From an uncultured Planctomycetota bacterium (GTDB lineage Bacteria > Planctomycetota > Planctomycetia > Isosphaerales > Isosphaeraceae): DNA of 64,000 nucleotides. Within the stretch, counting starts at the first letter, position 1, and each line of letters opens with the position of its first letter. The stretch spans positions 1,312,001 to 1,376,000 of the forward strand of contig CAWJTV010000011.1 in the NCBI GenBank assembly GCA_963845755.1, written 5' to 3'. Of the stretch, positions 33,192 through 43,435 are shown piece after piece. The notes beneath the pieces were generated by a model. That model saw only the letters and a program-made list of their open reading frames with translations, was not told where the DNA came from and did not search any database. The position numbers and the translations under genes were made by a program.

Positions 33192-34376
33192 GTGTCCGAC
33201 AATCGGCAGTCCATGAGCGACATCGCGATCGCCATCTCGCTGGCCTGCGCCCTGGGAATTGTCTTCCTCATCGACCGCATTCGGGGCCCGGTACCGACGG
33301 GCGAGATTGTCCAAATCAAGCCGCAATCCCAGTCTGCGCCGCCGCCACGTGCCCGGGCTCTGCGTCTCGCCGTCACCCCGCACCAATATGACGACATGGG
33401 GAAACTGCTCAGCCAACTCGGGTCCGGCTTCAGTCACACGGACCTCCCGCTGGAAGATCTCGAAGACGCCTCGAAATTGGCCGACTATGATGTGGTGTTC
33501 CTGACCTGCGCCCAGCCTGCCCCTCGTTGGGGGATCGGGGACGAGTTCGCTTCCAAGAACAAATACGCTAACCCCCGGGGGCGGTTCAATGAGGAGGTCT
33601 TCGGCCGGATCCGCGAGGCGCTCCGATCGTACGTCGGTGGCGGTGGCACGCTGTACGCGTCCGACTGGCGGTTCGTCGTGCTCGAGAAGTGCTTCCCCGA
33701 ACTCTTCGGGGGTAACAACCTCCCGCCCGGTGCGGCGCAGACCCTCACCGCCGAAGTCATGGATCCCGGCCTCCGCGACTTGCTGGGACCCACGGTCGAT
33801 CTGAAGTTCGACCTGCCCAGTTGGCTCCCCGCCGGATTCAAGGGCGAGCGGGTCACCGTCTATCTCCAGGGCCGGTACCGCGTCACCGGGGAAGATTCGG
33901 CCGTCATGGCACCGTTGCTGATCAAGGTGCCCTTCCAGCAAGGAACGATCATCTTCACCTCGTTCCATAACGAGAAGAACAACGGCGAGCTCGAGATCAA
34001 GTTGCTGCAATTCCTCGTGTTCGCCGCGGTGACGGCCAAGGAGACCGCAGAAGCCCAGAAGATGATGATCTCGGGGGGATTCTCGCCCCAAAAGCAGAAC
34101 CTGCTCAGTGCCTCAGCCGACGCCCAGTCCGTAACCCAGATCTATACCAATTCCAAGCGCGGGCCGCTCCGCTTCGCCCTGAGCTTTGCCAATCAAGGGG
34201 CCTTACTCAAGCTGGCTGTCCGTGGTCCGGATGGCCGGACTTACGAGCAGCAGGGTGAATTCACATTCACGGTCGATGTACCCGACGCCGCGGCGGGTGA
34301 CTGGTCGTATACCGTGACCGCGCAGAAGGTCCCTTATCCCAACTTTCCGTTCACACTGACTGTGGGCGGGAACTAG
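33192..34376 (+). CDS. Single-module paralog of the GATase-like + beta-sandwich protein
   Basis: Same motifs (YDDMGKLL, FLTC, GGTLYASDW, FTSFHNE, PYPNFPF); N-terminal TM; divergent from its paralog. Confidence 0.85.
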   Translation: MSDNRQSMSDIAIAISLACALGIVFLIDRIRGPVPTGEIVQIKPQSQSAPPPRARALRLAVTPHQYDDMGKLLSQLGSGFSHTDLPLEDLEDASKLADYDVVFLTCAQPAPRWGIGDEFASKNKYANPRGRFNEEVFGRIREALRSYVGGGGTLYASDWRFVVLEKCFPELFGGNNLPPGAAQTLTAEVMDPGLRDLLGPTVDLKFDLPSWLPAGFKGERVTVYLQGRYRVTGEDSAVMAPLLIKVPFQQGTIIFTSFHNEKNNGELEIKLLQFLVFAAVTAKETAEAQKMMISGGFSPQKQNLLSASADAQSVTQIYTNSKRGPLRFALSFANQGALLKLAVRGPDGRTYEQQGEFTFTVDVPDAAAGDWSYTVTAQKVPYPNFPFTLTVGGN

Positions 34377-34691
34377 GGCGCCTAGCTCCTTGCCGTCGCG
34401 GGATGAGGCGAGATCGTTTCGGCACGCCGCCCGGAGCGGTCGGCATCCCATCTGTTAGCCCGTGCCCACGCCGCCGCCGGCCGGCCCGACCTCTCCGAGC
34501 CGATCTACCGGCAGATGATCGCGTCGGACCCCGACGAGAATCGCGCGGTCGAGCCGCGTTTTCGCGACTTGCTCAAGCCGGCAATGCTGGATCGGTTCGA
34601 CGGCCGTTGCCGCATCCGTGCTTCTGAACCCTTGGTCGAGGTGGTCAAGCTCGTGCCGCACGTTGGGGCCGGCTCTTCCTCCCGGGGAATC

Positions 34692-34998
34692 CTAACGCGG
34701 CCTTCGGCCGCAACCCCATCGGGATTCCCGATTCGGGATTCCGGATTCCCGAAGGGGAATGATCCGGGAATCCGGAATCTCGAATCCGGAATTCGGAATC
34801 CCCAAAGGCGCGCACGGCGCAGGGATCCTACGGAGGACGACTCTAACGCGGCCTTCGGCCACAACCAAAAAGCGGGATTGCCGATTCGAGATTCCGGATT
34901 CCCTACGGGGAATGATTCGGGAATCGGGAATCTCGAGTCGGTAATTCGGAATCCTCAAATGCGCGGAGGGCGCACGAATTCTACGGAGCAAGACTCTA
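34692..34998 (+). repeat. Head-to-tail dimer of the ~150-bp CTAA-hairpin/7-mer element
   Basis: Units start CTAACGCGGCCTTCGGCC at 34692 and 34843 and end CTACGGAG-N4-ACT; closing CTA at 34996. Confidence 0.92.
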
Positions 34999-35131
34999 TC
35001 GCCTGATCGTGATCCAGCGCGACCTGCTTAAGGTACTGGCCTCGCAGCGTCGTATGCTCGACCGCCTGGGTCGAGAGAGTCGCTCGGCTGGGAGACAACG
35101 CACTGGCCCGCGAATATCGCAGGGGGGCACC

Positions 35132-36361
35132 TCATCCGCCCAGCGGGAGGGTGAGCAGCGGGCCTGTGGTCTTCACGTCCGATTCTTGCAGCGCGAAGAG
35201 GATCTCGAGGATGGCGAGAACGGCCCGCGAGTTCACGTCGTTCCGGTCGATCGAGAACCAATAGCCCCGGTACTGGATGGCCACCTCCGCGTTGTGGGGC
35301 CGGTGTTTCTGTGCGTGGACACGGAAGTTCCCAGCGGTGATCTGCGTCCAGTCGAATGGCTGGCCGTCCGGGCCGGGCGTCATCGGCACGATTCCCGACT
35401 GCACGTGCTCCTCGGGGACACACACACCCTTCGAGAGGAAGGTCATGATCTGGAGGATTGACCGCAGGTTCAGGTAGATCGTGTCATTTCCCATCGGGTT
35501 CAGAGATTTCGTGTCAGCCTCCTCAGTCAGCTCCGACTTGATCCAGTACCTGCCCAGACCTGGGGTCAGGTGGAAGATCTGCGCCACTTCCTGCATTTCA
35601 GGGGAGTTGACGTACGGATCGCGGATCCGAAGGAAGAGCTCCTTTTCCCGCTTGTGCAGAGTCACGTTTTCCCCCTGGGTGCGGTAGACGAAACCATCCC
35701 GTGCGGCATTCAGAAGATCGCTTCCTCGGACCGAGCTCTTCGCAATGGGATCGGAAGCGATATCGGTCTCCTCGTTCGTCCCGACTGCCAATTCCGTGGC
35801 ATCGCGCTCGCGCAGGGATTCGAGGATCTGGATGGCCCGAACAAACAGCCGGTTGTCGTCGGAGACCTTGGGCGTCAAGGTGGTCGCGCGGGGGGCGTTC
35901 GGCAAGTCGTTGATGTCGTTGATGGTCAACAACAAGAGTTGTTCGAGATTGGCCCCCGCGTTGACCACAATGAACAGATCGGAAGACAGTGGGGTCAGCA
36001 GCGACTTGGCGATCTCACGCCCCTCGCGCGGATGGTAGCTCAGAGTGGGTGTGTCGCGGAGGGACAGCTCGCCGTAACCGAGGCTCGCGCGGCCCGGCTC
36101 CTGGTTTCCGTAGCCTCCGAGATAATTGCCGTGGCCAGCCATCTCGAACTGACTGGTGATGCTGGGCAGGTCGATGAACACGGGGGAGTCGGCGTAACGG
36201 AGCCGGACGATGTTCATCAACAACTGCTCGTCGTTGGTGTCGCGGACCACCTCGTTGTACCGCAAGCGGGTGTAACGGATGGCCTTGGGACCAAGGCAGC
36301 CGCTCGCGCCGGTCCAAAGGGCGAGGACGAGGACGACCTGTCGAAACGACCGGTGCCCCAT
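35132..36361 (-). CDS. Hypothetical lipoprotein
   Basis: Signal peptide with lipobox-like ASGC; YNEVV..EQLLMNIVRLRY..PVF, TPTLSYHP; C-term PLLTLPLGG. Confidence 0.75.
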   Translation of the reverse strand: MGHRSFRQVVLVLALWTGASGCLGPKAIRYTRLRYNEVVRDTNDEQLLMNIVRLRYADSPVFIDLPSITSQFEMAGHGNYLGGYGNQEPGRASLGYGELSLRDTPTLSYHPREGREIAKSLLTPLSSDLFIVVNAGANLEQLLLLTINDINDLPNAPRATTLTPKVSDDNRLFVRAIQILESLRERDATELAVGTNEETDIASDPIAKSSVRGSDLLNAARDGFVYRTQGENVTLHKREKELFLRIRDPYVNSPEMQEVAQIFHLTPGLGRYWIKSELTEEADTKSLNPMGNDTIYLNLRSILQIMTFLSKGVCVPEEHVQSGIVPMTPGPDGQPFDWTQITAGNFRVHAQKHRPHNAEVAIQYRGYWFSIDRNDVNSRAVLAILEILFALQESDVKTTGPLLTLPLGG

Positions 36362-36634
36362 CGTCTTTCGCCGACCGCGATCATCCATGGGCTGCACCAA
36401 ATCCGCCCCATCGTCTGGCCGCCCGGCCTTGAGGGACACGATACTCCGGAGTATCCCCAAGAGTTATCGGCGGCAAACCCCGCAAACTTGACGGGACCCG
36501 CCAGGTCGCGACGCCTGGCCCGTGGGTTCGGCTTGACAGATCGAGCCGCTTGGGAAGAATCCGCAGTCGAGGGTGTTTTTGTGCGGCGGGGTGGGACACG
36601 CCGGTCGTCGCGAGCCGGTCATGGAGGGCCCGAG

Positions 36635-37957
36635 ATGCCTCGTTCGGTCTGGGAGTGGGTGCTCTGGCTGGTGGCGTTGGCGGTTCCCTGGCTCCTGTCG
36701 CGCCAGCGCCGTCGCATCAATCTTGCGAGCCTGGTGGGTCTGATCAACCTGCTCTATGCCTGCGCCTTCGTGCTCGTGCGTCCGGGTGCCGAGTCGTCCG
36801 AGGCGGCGACCGCCGCGATCGGTCTGATCGCGCTGGACCTGGCCGCGTGGTGGGCCCCCGACTCGCTCCAGCGACGATTGCTCGACCGGGTACGATGGCC
36901 GTCGGCCAAGATCGTGCTGACGGTCGCGACGATCAGCCTCGTCCCCCTGGGGCTGGCCGAGCAGGCCGCGCGCGTGCTCACCGATCTCCGCGTGCTGAAC
37001 TATCACCGGCCCATCCAGACGGTCTGGCGGTCCGGGCACGACGACTGGCGGCTCGCCACCATCACCGGCGACGAGAACCGGGAGCCCGACCCGGTCCTGC
37101 TATGGCGGCCGGTCGACCACAAGCCGTTCAATGCCCAGCGCTTCAAGGGGCCGCTCGTGGAGCTTCCCAAACCGTCGGACGTGATCCGGGTGATGTGCTA
37201 CGGCGATTCCCTGACCGACGGCCCGCCCCTGGGAGGCTGGCCGACCCGGCTCCAGGTCCTGTTGAACGAGCGGCCGGCCACCCTCGGCCGTCGGTTCGAG
37301 GTGATCAACGCCGGCGTCGCCGGGTATTCCTCGCATCAGGGCCTCCGGCGCTTCCTCCAGGAAGTGGACCGATTCCAGCCCGACCTGCTCCTGGTCTCGT
37401 TCGGCTGGAATGACGCGGCGGAGGCCATCGGCCAGCCCGACAAATCATTCCGGATCCCCCCCTGGCCCATGGTCGCCTGTCAGCGGGCGCTGGTCCGCTA
37501 TCGGGGCTATCTTGTGCTCATGTATTACACGCGCTCCTTGCGTGCGCAGCCGCCGGCTTCGCCGGCCGGTCCGGTGCATCCCCGTGTCGACCTCGCGGAT
37601 TACCTGGCCAATCTCGACCGCTTCCGCATCGAGGCCGAGGCGCGCGGCATCCCGATCGTGTTCCTCACGCGTCCCCACAAGGTCGCGCCGGCCGCACTGG
37701 GCCAGGACCCCACCTGGCGGGGCGCCGTGCCGCGATATAACGCCGCGCTGACCGCCTGGGCGCGACGCCGTGGACTCCCGCTCATCGACGCCCAGCGAGC
37801 CTTCGAGAAGCTCCCCACTGCGCTCTTCTCCGACGAATGCCACTTCACACCCCAAGGTTATCAGCGGATGGCTCAACTGGTCCGCGACGGGCTGCTCGAA
37901 GACCGGGACGGGCTCCTTCGGCTCGCGGGCGAGGTATCCACGGTCCCGGTACCCTGA
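36635..37957 (+). CDS. SGNH/GDSL hydrolase with N-terminal TM helices
   Basis: CYGDSLT, INAGVAGYSS, FGWND, DECHFT blocks. Confidence 0.9.
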   Translation: MPRSVWEWVLWLVALAVPWLLSRQRRRINLASLVGLINLLYACAFVLVRPGAESSEAATAAIGLIALDLAAWWAPDSLQRRLLDRVRWPSAKIVLTVATISLVPLGLAEQAARVLTDLRVLNYHRPIQTVWRSGHDDWRLATITGDENREPDPVLLWRPVDHKPFNAQRFKGPLVELPKPSDVIRVMCYGDSLTDGPPLGGWPTRLQVLLNERPATLGRRFEVINAGVAGYSSHQGLRRFLQEVDRFQPDLLLVSFGWNDAAEAIGQPDKSFRIPPWPMVACQRALVRYRGYLVLMYYTRSLRAQPPASPAGPVHPRVDLADYLANLDRFRIEAEARGIPIVFLTRPHKVAPAALGQDPTWRGAVPRYNAALTAWARRRGLPLIDAQRAFEKLPTALFSDECHFTPQGYQRMAQLVRDGLLEDRDGLLRLAGEVSTVPVP

Positions 37958-38126
37958 AAGGGCGTGCGAGAAGCTCGCGTAGGAAGGGGGCACACCCGGA
38001 ACTGGCCCGGAATCCCGAGCCGCGCCGGGCCCCGTTCCCCGGCGGATGGCCTTTCACGCCCTCGGGGGCCACGGTAGAATCGAACGCGATTCTCACGCGG
38101 CGCCGCCGCGACGGCGAGACCTCACT

Positions 38127-38260
38127 GCGCCCTCCGCGCATCTCGAGGATTCCCAATTCCACATTCAAGATTCAACATTCGTTATTCAAGATGGAACCGA
38201 GGCCGGTTTCTTGAATCGCGAATCTTGAATCCCTCTGAAATGGCGGCCGAAGGCCGCCTT
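38127..38260 (-). repeat. Diverged copy of the CTAA-hairpin/7-mer element
   Basis: GCGCCCTCCGCGCAT..GAGGATTC, ATTCAAG repeats, GCGGCCGAAGGCCGC. Confidence 0.7.
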
Positions 38261-38299
38261 CGAACTTGTTGAACGATCAATGGATTGCAAGGCGGACTC

Positions 38300-39176
38300 A
38301 TGGAACCCACTTCCGACCAGATCCAGCACGCGGCTTATGAACGTTGGCTGCGCCGCGGCCGGATTCACGGGCATCACGACGGGGACTGGTACGGCGCCGA
38401 GAAAGAACTCGCCTTCCTGCTGAACTACCAGACGTTCGTCGAGTATCCGCTGGTTTCCGCCGAACCGCGTGTGCTGGACAATGCGTCGATCCGGCGCTGC
38501 CGCTTCTGCGAGCGGACGGACGGTCAGGCGGCGTTTGGCCGGGCCCAGGCGGTCGTGGCGGCTCTCTCGGAAGCCCCGTCCCTGTTCACGGCCGAGCTCT
38601 GCAGCGATTGCCAGGCGGATTGGCGCGATCCGCTCGATCGGGAGCTGCGGGAATTCTGGCAAGCCCTGCGTGCCGATCGGGTCGGGTTCGACGCCCAGGG
38701 CCGGCCGACCGCCCGCCCGAGCTTCACAATCGGTGCGTTCAAGGCGTTGATCGCCGGCGCCATCCTGATCTTGCCCGAGACCGATCTCCCCGCCGTCGTC
38801 GACACGATGGAATGGGTGAGCAACCCGGACCACGATTGCGACGACAATCTGTTCGCCGGGATCCTGCTGCCAGGTCTACGCCGCACCGTTCCTCGAGGAC
38901 CTCTGCGGGATCAGCCTGGCGAGACGGGTCGAGGCCGAGGCGCCGCTGCCGGACCTGCTCGTGTTCCTCGGTCATGGTGGGATCGTGGTTCAGGTCCCCG
39001 TGCCGCTGAGTTTGCGCGATCAGGACCTCGACGGTCGCGCCGTGCATCAGCCTCAGCGGTCACTCATCGGCGGGTCCGGCCCCGATTTCCAGGAGGCTTG
39101 TCATCGGGTGCTGCCGTTGGCCCTATCCCGGAGGCGCCCCCACGGGGAGCGCCGGCGTCCTTCGATGGCTTCCTGA
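38300..39176 (+). CDS. DUF2934-like domain fused to a degenerate HNH-like zinc-finger protein; frameshift near 38870
   Basis: IQHAAYERWLRRGRIHG..DWYGAEKEL; CRFC...CSDC; AFKALI..ILPE..EWV. Confidence 0.7.
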
Positions 39177-39185
39177 GAATCCGCC

Positions 39186-40521
39186 ATGCCCGGCACACTG
39201 GCCCGCGAAGAGAACACCGGACCCGACTCACCCCAGGGCACGCCGGTTCCCGCGCCAGGCCAGGGCGATCACGGCCCTCTCGTTCGCGGCGGTCATGGTC
39301 GCCGCGCTCTGGGTGGGCTTCACCGCGATGCGACCTCGGCCGGAGAAGCAAAACCCAGGCGTGCGGTTGCTCAGCCTGGACCGGCCCTTTCCCGCCGGGG
39401 GGCGCTATCCCTCCGACCCCTACATCGGACCGCGCGTCTGTGCGGAATGCCACCCCGGTGAGTTCGCGCAGTACTCCCGATCCGGACATGCCCAGACCCT
39501 GGGCCCGCCCAACCGGCGGGCCTTGCGCGCGCCAACTCGACGGGCAAACGGTCGCCGATCCGGAGCTCGCCGAGGTCTCGTGGAACTACCAGTACCGCGA
39601 CGGGCAGTTGCACATCCGCCGCATGGCCCAGGGCAAGGTCGAGGATTGCATCGCCGAGTATGCGTTCGGATCCGGCCATCACGCCTTGACCTTCGTGAAC
39701 GTGATCGATCCCAAGATCCCGGCGATCCTGGAGCATCGCATCACCTATTATACGGTGCAACACGCGCTCGGGCTTGACCCCCGGCCACAACATCCGACCG
39801 CGCCCTGCCCAATCGTGACTCCCCTGGGAGGCGTGCTCCCGCCCGCGACGTCCCGGAAGTGTTTCGCCTGTCATACGACCCAGACCTCAGCCCGCGACAA
39901 CCAACTGATCGACGAGAAGACCATGATCCCCAACGTCTCCTGCGAGCGCTGCCACGGCCCCGGGCGGGCGCACGTGGAGGCCGCGCGGCGGGGTGCGGAC
40001 GGTCGGAGCTCCAGCTCCCGTTCGGTCCGGGCCGTTACACCGCCGATTCGTTGCTGGTGCTCTGCGGGACCTGCCACCGGCATCCGTCCCGGTCTCGGCC
40101 CGGCCAGGTCCGGCCCGACGACCCCCATCTGGCCCGCTTCCAGCCGGTCGGCATCCTCGAGTCGCGTTGCTTTCGCGAGAGCAACGGCACCTTTAGTTGC
40201 GTCACCTGCCATGATCCCCACGCGCGGGCATCGACCGACCGGGCGTCGTATCTGGTGGTCTGCCTCTCGTGCCACGCCGGCGGCGGCCGGGACGCGACGC
40301 CGCAGCCGACCGGCTTACAAGGCACCCCTCCGCATCGCCGGGTCCCCTTGCCCCGTCGCGCCGCGCGGCGATTGCGTCCACTGCCACATGCCGCGCGTCG
40401 ATGCGGGCCAGAACGTCCTCTTCGCCGACCACTGGATCCGGCCCCGGCACCCGGGGAATCCACGCTGCCGCTGCGCGGTCCCGCGCCGAACCTGAAGCTC
40501 CTCGAGACGCCCGAGCCCTGA
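39186..40521 (+). CDS. Membrane-anchored multiheme c-type cytochrome (7 CxxCH); frameshifted
   Basis: CAECH, CFACH, CERCH, CGTCH, CVTCH, CLSCH and CVHCH across frames; N-terminal TM; DHWIR. Confidence 0.88.
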
Positions 40522-40700
40522 GAAGGGCGCGGGCCTGTATCGAGGCTCGACAGGCTGGCGAGATTCCTGGCATGCTCTCGATGGAGTCGCGTGTCGTTTC
40601 AGGCGGAGACCCGGGGAGGAATACCGGCTGTCTATCCCAGGGCCAGGGTGCAATGGCGGGCTGTTCCCGGATCGACCCTTCCGGTCGAGCAATCGCAGCG

Positions 40701-43063
40701 TCATCGGTTCGAGACCGTTCGGGCCGGGCCAGGCCGCGGGATCGGCGGTGCGTCCCGCACACGGAAGGCGTCGTGACCCTCGGTGATCTCGATCACCCGA
40801 TCGATCGGGACGTCGTGGAATTCCTGACGCGTCCGACTCGTGGGCCAACTGACCTCCAGGGTGGGGATGCTCTGGGCCTTGCCCAGCCCGATGGTCAAAG
40901 AGAACGGGTTGCCACCGTAACTCGACCCGCTGGTGACCTCGCGATGGCGGGAGTCCACCCCGCCGCCGGGCTTGGGAAGGTCAACACGGACCCGGGCGCC
41001 GATGCCGGCCCGGTTGGTCTTGGTGCCCACCAGGCGGACGGTCAGCCAGTGGTTCCCGTGGCCGGGGTTGAGAAACAGGGCGTTGTGGGCACGGTCGCCC
41101 GGAGTGGCGCCGCCCGCCTCGAGAAAGATGTCGAGGTCGCCGTCTCGGTCCCAATCGGCGAAGGCGATCCCATGCCCCTTCTGAAGGTGCCCGGTGCCCG
41201 AAGAGGTCGTCACGTCCTCGAACCGGAGCCCGTCCACGTTCTTGAACAAGACGTTGGGAACCACGTAGCGATACTCGGCCCGGCCGGTACCGAGATACAT
41301 GTCGAGATACCCGTCGTTATCGAGATCGCCGAAGTTTGATCCCATGCAAACGAGCACACGGTCGAGACCGACCTCCGTCGTGACATCGCGGAAGCCGCTG
41401 GGCCCCTCATTGCGAAACAGCCGGGGCCGCTCGCCGAGGGTCGGCTGGCCGAGGTGGCTCCGGATGACGTCGGGGAGCCGGTTGCCGAAGGCGCAGACGA
41501 ACAGGTCGAGACGACCATCGTTGTTGTAGTCCCACCACCAACACGCGAAGCTGGCCAACGGCTCGGTGACGCCCAGCGCCTGGGCGACGTCGGTGAATGT
41601 GCCGTCGCCGTTGTTGCGGAAGAGTCGGTTCGGTCCGGCGTCGTTGGAGACGTAGAGGTCGGGATCGCCGTCGTTGTCGTAGTCGCCCCAGGCCGCCCCC
41701 TTTCCCCAGAGCCGGTTGAGCACCCCGGCCACGTCGGCGACGTCGGTGAACGTGCCGTCGCCGTTGTTGTGGTAGAGCCGGCCGTGGTTCCGCGGGTCGG
41801 GACGTTTGGGATTGAACTCACCGGCCATATACAAATCGACGAACCCGTCGTTGTCATAGTCGGCCCAGGCGCCCGAGTGGCACGCGATCGGAGCGAGCAG
41901 GCCCGCGGCGGCGGTGACGTCCTCGAAGGTGCCGTCACCCCGGTTGCGCAACAGAGAGGGCCGCTTGGCCCGCTCCCACCCGCCGCGCAGCAAGAGCACA
42001 TCGAGATCGCCGTCATTGTCGTAGTCGGCGTGGGTGGCGTTGGCCGCCCCGACCTGGTCGGCCACGCCGGCCGATCCGCCGCCTCCTCGAACATCCCATT
42101 GCCGCGATTGATGAAGAGCCGCGGCCCGCGCTCGGGGTCGAGGTTGGACGTGAAGACGTCGAGCAGGCCATCGCCATTGAAGTCGTCGACGATGCAACCG
42201 CCGGCATTATTCTCGCCGGGTACGTCGAGTCCCACCCGCGCGGCCACGTTGTGGAACCGGCCGACGTCGATCGACGACCGAAACGGCTCCAGGGAGATGA
42301 GATGCCGTGTGGGGACCTTCTCGGGATACTCGCCCAAGGTCATGTAGGCGACGTTCAACAGCCATCGGACGCCGATGTCCTCGGGACGCGTCTCCAGGTA
42401 GGCGGTGAAGTGTCGGATCGCCTGGCGCGAGCCGGCCGGCTGTTGGTGCACGGCCGAACGGGCGAGGGGGAAGATGCAACTCGCGTCAGTGCAGCAAGCA
42501 ATGCAGTTGTCGGACTCGCCCCGCCGCAAGGCGGCGACACCCAGCAGCGCCTCGATGTTGGCTTCGTACCCGTTGGGCTTCGATGGACGGGTCTCGCGGG
42601 CGGCTTGGAAATACGACATGGCTTCCTCGAACCGGCCGTCGAACATGTGGAGCTCGCCGATCCAGAGCTGGAACTGTGCGACCTGCGCCGCCTCGCGGTC
42701 CGATTTGGGTCGCCCGAGTTGCGACAGCTTTTCCTGGAACCGCGCGATCCCCCGCGCCCCCGCCCCTTACGCGCCGCGGCCACCTGGGCCAGCGACGCGG
42801 GGTCGGTTTCGGCCTCTTCGAACTCGACGGCGAGGGAGATCCCGCTGTCGTCGATCCAGCCGTCGGAATAGAGCGGAACCGTCTCTCGCCGCGGCCCGAT
42901 CGGGCTCGGGGCTCGGGCTGGGGGGCACACCCCTGGCAGACGCCAGCTCGAGCAACCGCCTCGGACTCAGGCCGGTGAGCGCGGCCACCCCCCCGAGGCT
43001 GGCCATCACAATCAGGGCAAGTGCACAGAGTAGCCGGAAGGTCCTGACCATTCTTCGACGCAT
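40701..43063 (-). CDS. CRTAC1-family protein: TPR, FG-GAP/VCBS repeats and ASPIC-UnbV domain; frameshifted
   Basis: Repeated DYDNDGxx[54 protein letters not shown]. Confidence 0.9.
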
Positions 43064-43200
43064 GAATCTTACTCCCGAAGAGAAGGACCAAGACCAGGCC
43101 GCCCGCGTGGCCGAGGCGGGTGTCCGCAAACCATCGCGATCCGGCGAGCACGATCTTGCGATTCTCCCACCAACGGCTTGCGGTGCAACCCCGGATTCTA

Positions 43201-43352
43201 GGTCGAGTCCGCGTCTTGCGATCGCCGCCCTGGTCCTGTATCCTGGACGCGGGGTCCCTCGCCCCGGCCATACCCGAGAAAACCGGCTTCGTCAACGTCT
43301 CGGGCTCGGTCGAGCGTCTTGCAATCGCCTCCCTGGTCCTGTGTACTGGAGT
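43201..43352 (+). promoter_or_regulatory. Duplicated sigma70-like promoter upstream of the sulfatase-like gene
   Basis: TTGCGA-N17-TATCCT (43216-43244) and TTGCAA-N17-TGTACT (43319-43347) within a ~45-bp direct repeat. Confidence 0.55.
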
Positions 43353-43435
43353 CGGCGCCTCCGCAGGCAGCCGGAGAAGACCGGATCCAGGGTCGTCTCT
43401 CCGAGCAACTCAATCCCGCCTTGATGGGCTCTTCG

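Noticed and set aside
34692..34998. Repeat dimers as a CRISPR array
   Set aside because: Only two units; the intervening sequences are homologous and palindromic rather than unique spacers; no cas genes.
35570..36634. N-terminal 355 aa of the 795-aa ORF
   Set aside because: Antisense shadow of the lipoprotein gene; the SGNH protein starts at 36635.
38285..40495. 736-aa DUF2934-cytochrome fusion ORF
   Set aside because: Produced by frameshifts joining two separate genes; the middle part reads as off-frame Arg/Pro-rich sequence.
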